A stretch of 64,000 nucleotides of DNA, taken from contig JAFTDW010000006.1 of NCBI GenBank assembly GCA_017454015.1, positions 8,452-72,451 of the forward strand, in the 5' to 3' direction. A program made the translations under genes and the position numbers. The notes below the pieces were generated by a model, which worked only from the letters and a program-made list of their open reading frames with translations, ran no database searches and was not told where the DNA came from. The stretch is from Bacteroidales bacterium (lineage in GTDB: Bacteria > Bacteroidota > Bacteroidia > Bacteroidales > P3). Shown here piece after piece: positions 8,993 to 16,815 of the stretch; position 1 is the first letter of the stretch; each line of letters begins with the position of its first letter.

Positions 8993-9813
8993 AGACCTGT
9001 TTCGCGATGGAAGTAGCGGCTGAACACCGACTGGTCTGTGAAACCGAGCATGTCGGCTATGGCCTGTACGGTGAGGTCGCGCCGCATGTGCAGCAGCGTC
9101 TTGGCAGTGCCTACCACATGCGAGTGTATCCACCATGAGGCAGAATGACCAGTCTCATTTTTGACAACAGTACTGAAATGCTTGGACGAAAGGTATACTC
9201 GGGCGGCATAAAAGCCTACGTCGCGGTGCTCGCGGAAGTGTTGGTATAAGTCGTCTTGGAATTGTGAGCTTACGCGTCTGTCTGGAGCATTGTCGTGAAG
9301 TTTGTTGTTTCGGTAATAGCTGATCAGCCTCATAAGTAAGTCAAGCTGGTGCGTTAGCAGCGTGGAACGTTCGGGAATGTCTATACTCGACATTTCGCGC
9401 ATCAACTTTATCTGACTCATGATGACGCCGTATTCATGATTGTCAAGCTCTATTCGTGGATTCGGCTCGTAGCGATGGCGCATCTGGCTAATTATTCGCA
9501 GCATGGGGTCGCCAAGTATAGTGGCGTCGACAGACACTAGAGTCGCGAGGTAGTCGGGACTCGTAGACACCGCCTTGATGTTATGGTTTGGAAATATGAC
9601 TGCCACTACGTGTTCTGACAACTTGTCGGGTTTCTCGTCATACAACAAATCCATTTTGCCGCAGTGGACAATGCAGATGACATAATCCGGCGAGCATAAT
9701 GGCTTGTCACCGGTGGGAAGACCTCGTACATTGTCAAGGATAATTATTCTATTATCCTTGGTCTGTAGGTTGTTATGCTGTGAGAACTGTTGCGTCTGTC
9801 CCGTTGTTTCCAT
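8944..9813 (-). CDS. AraC-family transcriptional regulator
   Basis: C-terminal double HTH typical of AraC/XylS (LTVQAIADMLGFTDQSVFSRYFHRETGLYPTEFR). Confidence 0.8.
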   Translation of the reverse strand: METTGQTQQFSQHNNLQTKDNRIIILDNVRGLPTGDKPLCSPDYVICIVHCGKMDLLYDEKPDKLSEHVVAVIFPNHNIKAVSTSPDYLATLVSVDATILGDPMLRIISQMRHRYEPNPRIELDNHEYGVIMSQIKLMREMSSIDIPERSTLLTHQLDLLMRLISYYRNNKLHDNAPDRRVSSQFQDDLYQHFREHRDVGFYAARVYLSSKHFSTVVKNETGHSASWWIHSHVVGTAKTLLHMRRDLTVQAIADMLGFTDQSVFSRYFHRETGLYPTEFRAREQSTGLA

Positions 9814-9974
9814 ATTGCAAAATTACTGACTTTTTTTGATATTATTGACAAATTCGGTGTTTTTGCAAAATAAATCAGTCATTGTGTTATTGTCAGAATG
9901 ATTGTAAGTTATTAATTTTGCAATAATATTCTTTACTTTTAGTTTGTGTATATAATTCTGTTATACAAATAATT

Positions 9975-11669
9975 ATGAATAAACAAACATTGGCTCTGAT
10001 TGCCGCGTTGCTGGCAGCGGTTGCATTCTCAGCTTGCAACAAAGATGATATAACATTGGTTGATGAGACCGATGTGATTGACAATGGCGGCGGTTCTGGC
10101 AGTGGCTCCGAGCCTATTTACGATGAAGGGGAGTTCGACTATATAGTCAGGGTGGTCTATTCAGGCACAGGAGCCACCGTGGAAGGCACCACCGACAGTA
10201 TCACCGCCGCGAAGTCCGGTGCCCATGTCGTCATTACCAACAGCAGCACCAAGAAGGTGCGCTATCAGCTCAGCGGCTCCACCTCCGACGGCTCCTTCAA
10301 GCTCTACAGCAAGCGCAAGCAGGCCGTGGAGTTAAGCGATGTCACCATCACCAACCCCACGGGCGCCGCCATCAACATACAGAGCGGCAAGACGGCGTAT
10401 GTCATAATGAAAGGCAGCAGCACCCTCAAGGACGGCAGCACCTACACCACCGCTGATGGCGAAGACCAGAAGGCGGCCTTTTTCAGCGAAGGACAGCTGA
10501 TATTCAGCGGCAGCGGCAGTCTCAACGTTGAGGCTGTAGGCGCCAGTGCCATAACCAGCGACGACTACCTGAAGTTCACCGAGGGTTCGGTGAAGGTGTC
10601 GTCGACCAAGGGTCACGGCTTGCGCGGCAAAGACTCGGTGATTGTGGCTGGTGGCATCCTCGATGTCTCGGTCAGCGCCAATAGCCGCAAGGGCATCACT
10701 ACCGACGGTTTCTGCAGCATTGCCGGCGGCGAGATAAACATCACCGTGAGCGGCGGCACGGCAGCCGACGACGACGGCTCGTACAGCGGTTCGGCAGGCA
10801 TAAAGTCCGACAGCGTTTTCACTATCACTGCAGGCCAGCTGACTATAAGCAACAGCGGCCAGGGCGGCAAGGGTATCAGCGGCGACAATGACGGTTTCTT
10901 CTATGGCGGCAAGGTCACCATAAATGTCGCCGGCACCAACTATGGCTCGTCGGGTGGCGGCGGTGGCCCGTGGGGTGGGGGAGGCGGCTCCTCGGAAAAC
11001 AGCGTGGGTGCCAAAGGCATCAAGTTCGACGGCAACCTCACCTTTGCAGGCGCCGAGGTGTATGTCAATGCCACAAGCCATGAGGGAATAGAGGCTAAGA
11101 AAACACTCACCATAAGCAGCGGCATAGTATATAGCTATTCCAAGTCGGACGACGCCATCAACTCAGGCTCACATCTTACTATCTCCGGCGGCTACGTCTA
11201 CGGCCATTCGGCAGGCAACGACGGCATCGACGCCAACGGCAATATGTACATACGCGGTGGTCTGGTATACGCCATAGGCAAGTCGTCGCCCGAGGTGGCG
11301 CTGGATGCCAATACCGAGGAACGGTATAAACTCTATGTGGAGGGTGGTACGCTTATAACCATCGGCGGTCTGGAGAACGGCGCTTCGCTGACACAGTCGT
11401 GCTATTCGGCCTCGTCGTGGAACAAAAACACATGGTACGGCATGACCGTGGGCGGCAACAGCTATTGCTTCAAAACCCCGTCGAGCGGTGGCTCAAAGCT
11501 TGTGGTCTCAGGGGCGTCAACCCCAACGCTCTACAGCGGCGTCACATCGGGCACGGGCACCATATACTTCAACAACACATTGATTGAGGGGGCGGAAGCG
11601 TACAGCGGCGGCACTCGTGTAAACCTCTCCTCCTACACTGGTGGTGGCGGCGGTCCCGGCGGCCATTAA
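9975..11669 (+). CDS. Lipoprotein with Gly-rich beta-helix-type repeats (resembles the Cthe_2159-type carbohydrate-binding family)
   Basis: Lipobox (AAVAFSAC). Repeated ...S.G.L.I.GG... segments and SDDAINSG / GNDGIDANG motifs. The family assignment is from memory and unverified. Confidence 0.55.
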   Translation: MNKQTLALIAALLAAVAFSACNKDDITLVDETDVIDNGGGSGSGSEPIYDEGEFDYIVRVVYSGTGATVEGTTDSITAAKSGAHVVITNSSTKKVRYQLSGSTSDGSFKLYSKRKQAVELSDVTITNPTGAAINIQSGKTAYVIMKGSSTLKDGSTYTTADGEDQKAAFFSEGQLIFSGSGSLNVEAVGASAITSDDYLKFTEGSVKVSSTKGHGLRGKDSVIVAGGILDVSVSANSRKGITTDGFCSIAGGEINITVSGGTAADDDGSYSGSAGIKSDSVFTITAGQLTISNSGQGGKGISGDNDGFFYGGKVTINVAGTNYGSSGGGGGPWGGGGGSSENSVGAKGIKFDGNLTFAGAEVYVNATSHEGIEAKKTLTISSGIVYSYSKSDDAINSGSHLTISGGYVYGHSAGNDGIDANGNMYIRGGLVYAIGKSSPEVALDANTEERYKLYVEGGTLITIGGLENGASLTQSCYSASSWNKNTWYGMTVGGNSYCFKTPSSGGSKLVVSGASTPTLYSGVTSGTGTIYFNNTLIEGAEAYSGGTRVNLSSYTGGGGGPGGH

Positions 11670-11728
11670 TAAGGTAGTAGGTTGTCTATAATTCTATTCC
11701 GTTCATCCTCTCTATCCCTCCTCATCCC

Positions 11729-12562
11729 ATGAAACCCGCCGTAGCCTTCTTTCTCCCCCTGTTGCTCCTGCTGCCACTTGTTGCTGCAGGCCAGACCCAT
11801 AGCGAGCTGCCGTTTGAATATGGAGGCAGGTTTGAGTTCGAACTCGACAAGAAGATATCCAAAGGTCTGCATCTCTCCCTCTCCGAGGAATTGCGTTTTG
11901 CCGACAACTTCACCGCCTTCAACAGGTTGCATACCACCGTGGCCATGAGCTACAAGCTCAATGGCAACCTGCGGGTGGGTGTGGGCTACGCTTTGATAAA
12001 CCCATACAACACTTCCGACAAGGCTTTTGCCAACAGTCGGCACCGTGTCATGGCCGACGCCATAGCGACACTACCCTTGGGCAACTGGCAACTCTCGCTC
12101 AAAGAGCGTTTCCAGTCCACCTACCGCACCGGTGCGATGAACGAGTATCAGAACCCCCGCACTGCCCTCACCCTTAAGAGCAGGCTCAAGGTGAGCTACT
12201 GCGGTCTGGGGCGCCTCAAGCCTTTTGCATACGTCGAGCTGCGCCACATGCTCAACGCCCCGGTGATAAAAGCCAACTACAACGCCGCGACCAGCCAGTA
12301 CATTACCGACGAGGGTTCGCGCACCGGCGAGGCAGGCTGGTTCCTCGACGGCTTCAATGGCAGCTACCTCAACCGACTGCGTGGCGCTCTGGGAGCCGAC
12401 TACCGCATAGACAAACGCAACAGCATCAACGTCACTATACTCGCCGACCGTGTCAGCGACAAGGAGGTCGACGCCAACGCCGAAGGCACCAAGCTTAAGT
12501 CCTACACCCAACAAACCGGCTTCAAGACCTGGCTGGCCTGCACCTATAAATACGCCTTCTAA
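11729..12562 (+). CDS. Outer-membrane beta-barrel-like protein (DUF2490-like)
   Basis: Signal peptide, alternating amphipathic strands, and a C-terminal aromatic residue (YKYAF). The family name is unverified. Confidence 0.45.
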   Translation: MKPAVAFFLPLLLLLPLVAAGQTHSELPFEYGGRFEFELDKKISKGLHLSLSEELRFADNFTAFNRLHTTVAMSYKLNGNLRVGVGYALINPYNTSDKAFANSRHRVMADAIATLPLGNWQLSLKERFQSTYRTGAMNEYQNPRTALTLKSRLKVSYCGLGRLKPFAYVELRHMLNAPVIKANYNAATSQYITDEGSRTGEAGWFLDGFNGSYLNRLRGALGADYRIDKRNSINVTILADRVSDKEVDANAEGTKLKSYTQQTGFKTWLACTYKYAF

Positions 12563-12592
12563 CCCTCACAGATAATCATCACCGTCTATATT

Positions 12593-13015
12593 TTGTCACT
12601 CGTTATAAAAAAGTATATATTTCTGCTATCCCTCTGCACCCTCTTTGCCGCAACCCTCTCGGCACAGGACAACCCCTCTAAGCGCGAACGCAAGAAAAAC
12701 CTTGTCGTCAAGGAGTGGAACACCAAGGTTGGCTCCAAGACTCCCTATCTCGACAACATGGTGACCTACGACGGGCAGGGCCGCAAGATAGAGGAGATAG
12801 AATATGCCTCATACGGCCAGCGCAAGCGCACGGTATACGAGTATGAGGGCACCTCCAGCCGCTGCTCGCGCCAGATAGAGTACGACGACAAGAACAAGCC
12901 GGTGCGTATACGCAAGTTTGAATACAACGCCGACGGTACCAAAGCCAAGCAGTACAACTACAAACCCGACGGCAAGCTTGTAAGCACCAAGACCTTCGAG
13001 TACTCCTACCGATAG
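12593..13015 (+). CDS. Small secreted protein with YD-like repeats
   Basis: Signal peptide followed by repeated Y(E/D)Y..G/K motifs (YEYEG, EYDDKNKP, FEYNADG, YNYKPDGK, FEYSY). Confidence 0.4.
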   Translation: MSLVIKKYIFLLSLCTLFAATLSAQDNPSKRERKKNLVVKEWNTKVGSKTPYLDNMVTYDGQGRKIEEIEYASYGQRKRTVYEYEGTSSRCSRQIEYDDKNKPVRIRKFEYNADGTKAKQYNYKPDGKLVSTKTFEYSYR

Positions 13016-13119
13016 AATAAAGCAAAACCAAGCCGTGAGAGAGCTTATTCGCACAATTCGTGTAATTCGTGGTAAAAAACGCGTGATAAATAGAGAAACA
13101 ATTAGTGTTATTGTGAGTC

Positions 13120-13947
13120 ATGCCACTGTCGATACTTGATACCATGCAACCCATAGGCCTCGACGACATGAAAGCCGTGCGCCTTATGAAGCGTGTGGAT
13201 CAGAAATATATAGCGTCTGCCGCCATCCTGCCCCACCTGCTTGCCGCCGTGGCTGGTGACTATTATGTGCAGCAGATAGAGGGCAACCCCATAGCGCCAT
13301 ACCATACGCTCTACTTCGACACCTGCGACCTTGCCATGTACACCATGCACCACAACCGCAAGCTTAACCGCCAGAAGCTGCGCGTGCGGTGTTACCGCTC
13401 TACCCAGACAACTTTCTTCGAGATAAAGAACAAGGACAACAAGCGCAAGACCTCCAAGGTGCGCATCCCCATCGACTCGGCGCAGTTCGACACCTGCCTC
13501 GCGCTGCCCGAGGTGTCGGCATTCGTCAACGCCAACACCCCTTACGGCATAGCTCATGAAGTGGCGGGTCGGCAACGTGTTGCAGCGGACCTGCAGTCCG
13601 CCAACAGAAACCTCCTCTTTCCATGCCTTGAAAACTTCTTCTGCCGCATAACACTCGTCGACAAAGCCATGCACGAGCGTGTGACCATCGACCAAGGCAT
13701 ATCGTTCCACAACAGAGCAACCGGTCGCGACGCCGACATAGGCCATATCCTTGTCATCGAGGTGAAGCATGAGCAGGGAGCCCCACAGTCGGACATGGAG
13801 CAGGCGCTCCACGCCCTTCATGTCCTGCCTCGCCGCATGAGCAAGTATTGCATAGGCACAGCGCTCACCAACCAGGCGGCAAAGTCCAACCGCTTCAAGC
13901 CCAAACTGCTGTATATAGACAGATGCCGCTCAATCAGTATGCCATAA
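13120..13947 (+). CDS. VTC-domain (triphosphate-tunnel / polyphosphate-polymerase-like) protein
   Basis: R.D.KY near the N-terminus (KRVDQKYI) and LRVRCYR...FFEIKNK, resembling the tunnel-fold ExK-type strands of VTC/CYTH proteins. Confidence 0.6.
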   Translation: MPLSILDTMQPIGLDDMKAVRLMKRVDQKYIASAAILPHLLAAVAGDYYVQQIEGNPIAPYHTLYFDTCDLAMYTMHHNRKLNRQKLRVRCYRSTQTTFFEIKNKDNKRKTSKVRIPIDSAQFDTCLALPEVSAFVNANTPYGIAHEVAGRQRVAADLQSANRNLLFPCLENFFCRITLVDKAMHERVTIDQGISFHNRATGRDADIGHILVIEVKHEQGAPQSDMEQALHALHVLPRRMSKYCIGTALTNQAAKSNRFKPKLLYIDRCRSISMP

Positions 13948-14012
13948 CGTTGTGACATCACACCACAAATAACGATATAACGTTATAACGAAATAACAAC
14001 AGGTAACCTCTA

Positions 14013-14109
14013 AAAATTGCCCTGAAAGGGCATAAATCAATCAGCCCAATGGCAACGCCTTGGGTAAATCAGTAAGTTACAATTGCGCCCTGTAAGGGCA
14101 AAATCATTA
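14013..14109. repeat. Three-hairpin core of the same repeat family (copy C, no terminal inverted repeats)
   Basis: gccctgaaagggc, cccaatggcaacgccttggg and gccctgtaagggc occur in the same order and spacing as in copies A and B. Confidence 0.55.
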
Positions 14110-14150
14110 AAGACGAATTAATAGGACTCACCAACAAAAGAACTTATAAA

Positions 14151-14864
14151 ATGCTTTTACTCCAATCCGATTTCGACAGCAGCATAGCTGCCGAGTTCCA
14201 GCAAGGCGACCACTCCATCGACATCCTTGGTGTCCCCGTGTTCGACGGCCCGGGTCTTTGGGAGATGCTGATACGCTTCGGCATCAACCTGCTTGTCTGC
14301 TGGATAATCACCCACTTCCTTTATTACCGCAAGAGCCGCCGTCGCGACTACTACTTCACCTACATGCTCTTCAGCACTGCCATCTTCTTCATACTCTACC
14401 AGCTGCAGAACATGAAGATAGAGGTCGGCATTGCCCTGGGTCTCTTTGGTATCTTCAGCATGATACGCTACCGCACCGAGCAGCTGCCAATACGTGAGAT
14501 GACCTACCTCTTCGTGCTCATAGCAATAAGCATCATCAACGGGGCCGGCCTCACTTCGAGCTACACGGCATTCATAGTCACCAATCTGCTCTTTGTGTTG
14601 ATCATCACCTTGCTTGAGCTCTTGGGCTTCAGCAGCCGGAAAGCCACCAAGATCATCACCTACGAGAAGATAGAACTCATCAAGCCCGACCGCCGCGACG
14701 AGCTCATGGCCGACCTCCGTGCCCGCACCGGCCTCGACATCACCAAGATACAGATAGGCTCCATCGACTTCCTAAAAGACACCGCCTTCCTTAAAGTCAC
14801 CTACATCAGCGACGACCCCGAGCCCAACGACATCGACATGATAACCAAGTTCAAGAAGAAGTAA
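14151..14864 (+). CDS. Polytopic membrane protein (DUF4956-like, usual partner of bacterial VTC-domain genes)
   Basis: Several hydrophobic helices followed by a soluble C-terminal domain, immediately downstream of the VTC gene. The family name is unverified. Confidence 0.5.
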   Translation: MLLLQSDFDSSIAAEFQQGDHSIDILGVPVFDGPGLWEMLIRFGINLLVCWIITHFLYYRKSRRRDYYFTYMLFSTAIFFILYQLQNMKIEVGIALGLFGIFSMIRYRTEQLPIREMTYLFVLIAISIINGAGLTSSYTAFIVTNLLFVLIITLLELLGFSSRKATKIITYEKIELIKPDRRDELMADLRARTGLDITKIQIGSIDFLKDTAFLKVTYISDDPEPNDIDMITKFKKK

Positions 14865-15673
14865 TGCTTCAGGGAGGTATCAAAATGGAATCTGATAATA
14901 ATACTATATCCTTTTTAGGTAAGACCGACATTGGTCTGCAACGAGCAAACAATGAAGATGCTTTTGTTGTGCAACGGCTTGATGACAGCGCCGTTCTTGC
15001 TGTTGTCATTGACGGTGTCGGTGGATACGAGGGTGGAGAGGTTGCTGCTGAGATAGCGCAGAATGAGATACGTAATTACATGAAAGAGTTTACCAGCGGA
15101 GAGAAAATGGAGTTGTTGAAACAGGCAGTTGTCTGTGCCAACAATGCCATATATGAGCGTCGTCGGTTCGATTTCGCACGGCAAAATATGGGCTGTGTTC
15201 TTACGGCTATAGTAGTTGACTCTGCATGTGAAGTTGTATACATGGCGCATGTTGGCGATACTCGCTTATATCAGTACCGTTATGGTGAACTCTGTAAACT
15301 CTCGCACGACCATTCTTTGGTTGGTCAACTTGAGGATAGCGGCGAGTTGACAGAGGAGCAAGCCATGAAACATCCCCGACGCAACGTAATAAGTCGAGTG
15401 ATAGGCTCGGAATACCATACTGTTGACGATTCGGATTTTATTGAAGCGAACCAGTTTCGGTTGTTGCCCAACTCAATATTTATGCTTTGTTCCGATGGGT
15501 TGACAGATTTAATAACGTCACATCAGATAGCCTCTATATTGGAACGGGATCTAACCCTTGACGAGAAAGTGCAAACGCTTGTCAATTCAGCCAACGAGGC
15601 AGGCGGTAAGGACAATACGACGGTCGTTTTGGTGCAATACAATACCAAGGTGACCTCTAAAAATAGCCTCTGA
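14864..15673 (+). CDS. PP2C-family Ser/Thr protein phosphatase
   Basis: Ordered PP2C motifs: RANNEDAF, IDGVGGYEGGEVAA, HVGDTRLY, LCSDGLTD, GGKDNTTVVLV. The start overlaps the upstream stop (TAATG). An alternative start is the ATG at 14885. Confidence 0.9.
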   Translation: MLQGGIKMESDNNTISFLGKTDIGLQRANNEDAFVVQRLDDSAVLAVVIDGVGGYEGGEVAAEIAQNEIRNYMKEFTSGEKMELLKQAVVCANNAIYERRRFDFARQNMGCVLTAIVVDSACEVVYMAHVGDTRLYQYRYGELCKLSHDHSLVGQLEDSGELTEEQAMKHPRRNVISRVIGSEYHTVDDSDFIEANQFRLLPNSIFMLCSDGLTDLITSHQIASILERDLTLDEKVQTLVNSANEAGGKDNTTVVLVQYNTKVTSKNSL

Positions 15674-15702
15674 GAGGCTAACTCTCAATTGCTTATGCCA
15701 TG

Positions 15703-15794
15703 AACTGAGGTCATGAGCACCTATGAAATAAAAACAAGGATAGCGAATAACTGAGGTCATGAGCACCTATGAAATGTAGACAAGGATAGCGAAT
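15703..15794. repeat. Tandem direct repeat, 2 x 46 bp
   Basis: Units 15703-15748 and 15749-15794 differ at 3 of 46 positions. Each begins with the hairpin catga-actgagg-tcatg. Confidence 0.85.
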
Positions 15795-15846
15795 AACGGG
15801 CATAATCAAAACAATGAATATTCAGAACCCGCTATAAAACTGTTGT

Positions 15847-16509
15847 ATGAAAACAAAATTGGAGCAAATCAGCAAGAACTCAGGAGTTGTCGCTGTCAAT
15901 GCGATAAAGTCGAACATTCTGTTAAAGCGGCTAATCAGAAGTAGTCTTGACATAGTATTGTTATGCGTTGTGCTGTGTCTTTGTTTCTCTTGCGGAACCT
16001 CTGTGGATAACAGTGGTGATAGTGTCGGGGATTTTGAGGATAGCGACTTGTCGGTCGTCGACTATCAGGTTCCAGATGGGTTGGAAGGTGAGTCCGACAG
16101 TGACACAGACTGTCCAATGGGTTGTTTTTTGAGCGAGGATTCCAACTATGTCTTGACATTGCAACGTTTGTCCAGTGACTCACCTGATAGTGCATACAGA
16201 GCCGTGATATATGACCGTGAAAGGTGGTATAAAGGGGAATGGATATGTGAACCGCTGTCGGTTCCTGCATATATTGGTTATGGTACGGTCTGCAGGTCGT
16301 CCTCTTTGTTGGAGTTCACATTCGACAATGGCTATATTGATTCTGATGGTATATGGCTACATCTAAGTTGCAGTGTTCCATGTGATTCTTTGATTATTGC
16401 TGCCGAAATACCTTTTTCGTATAGAGAGAAAGATGTTAATGTGCGTTTCAAGTCCTGTTCATGGGACAGTCTTAAACGATGGTGGCGCAACCCGATATGT
16501 GGAAACTGA
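15847..16509 (+). CDS. Acidic, Cys-rich putative lipoprotein (220 aa)
   Basis: Hydrophobic segment ending in the lipobox-like LCFSCG. AT-rich codon usage like the rest of the island. No motif recognised. Confidence 0.5.
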   Translation: MKTKLEQISKNSGVVAVNAIKSNILLKRLIRSSLDIVLLCVVLCLCFSCGTSVDNSGDSVGDFEDSDLSVVDYQVPDGLEGESDSDTDCPMGCFLSEDSNYVLTLQRLSSDSPDSAYRAVIYDRERWYKGEWICEPLSVPAYIGYGTVCRSSSLLEFTFDNGYIDSDGIWLHLSCSVPCDSLIIAAEIPFSYREKDVNVRFKSCSWDSLKRWWRNPICGN

Positions 16510-16618
16510 TATTTTTCCTACCATATAAAAAAAAAGTTGTAACTTTGTACGGATTAACATAAAATAGCATATATGGCGTAATACAGCAGAAACGTAATAA
16601 AATAAAGGACTAACCGCT

Positions 16619-16763
16619 CTTTATTCTCGCAGTAAGAATCTGGAAAATTCTAATGAATATGGGAATAAGTACGTGTGAGTTCACGCCTTGGGCGTGAGTT
16701 ATTCGCATTCTTATCTATATTCAGGGTATTCCAGAACCTTTACTGCAGATAAGGAGCATAAAG
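16619..16763 (+). other. Long imperfect palindrome (about 145 nt) in the leader of the vWA-like gene
   Basis: The centre is tcacgcc-ttg-ggcgtga at 16681-16697. Outer arms are ctttat...gcagtaa...tctggaa versus ttccaga...ttactgc...ataaag. Confidence 0.55.
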
Positions 16764-16815
16764 AATAATTCAGCGCCTTTTCTTTTTTTTGTCAAAATTC
16801 AAATAATTATCTGGT

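Noticed and set aside
16619-16763. Retron msr/msd-like or group II intron-like structured element
   Set aside because: No reverse transcriptase ORF is present anywhere in the island, and there are no recognisable intron domain V/VI features. It is kept only as an unexplained palindromic leader.
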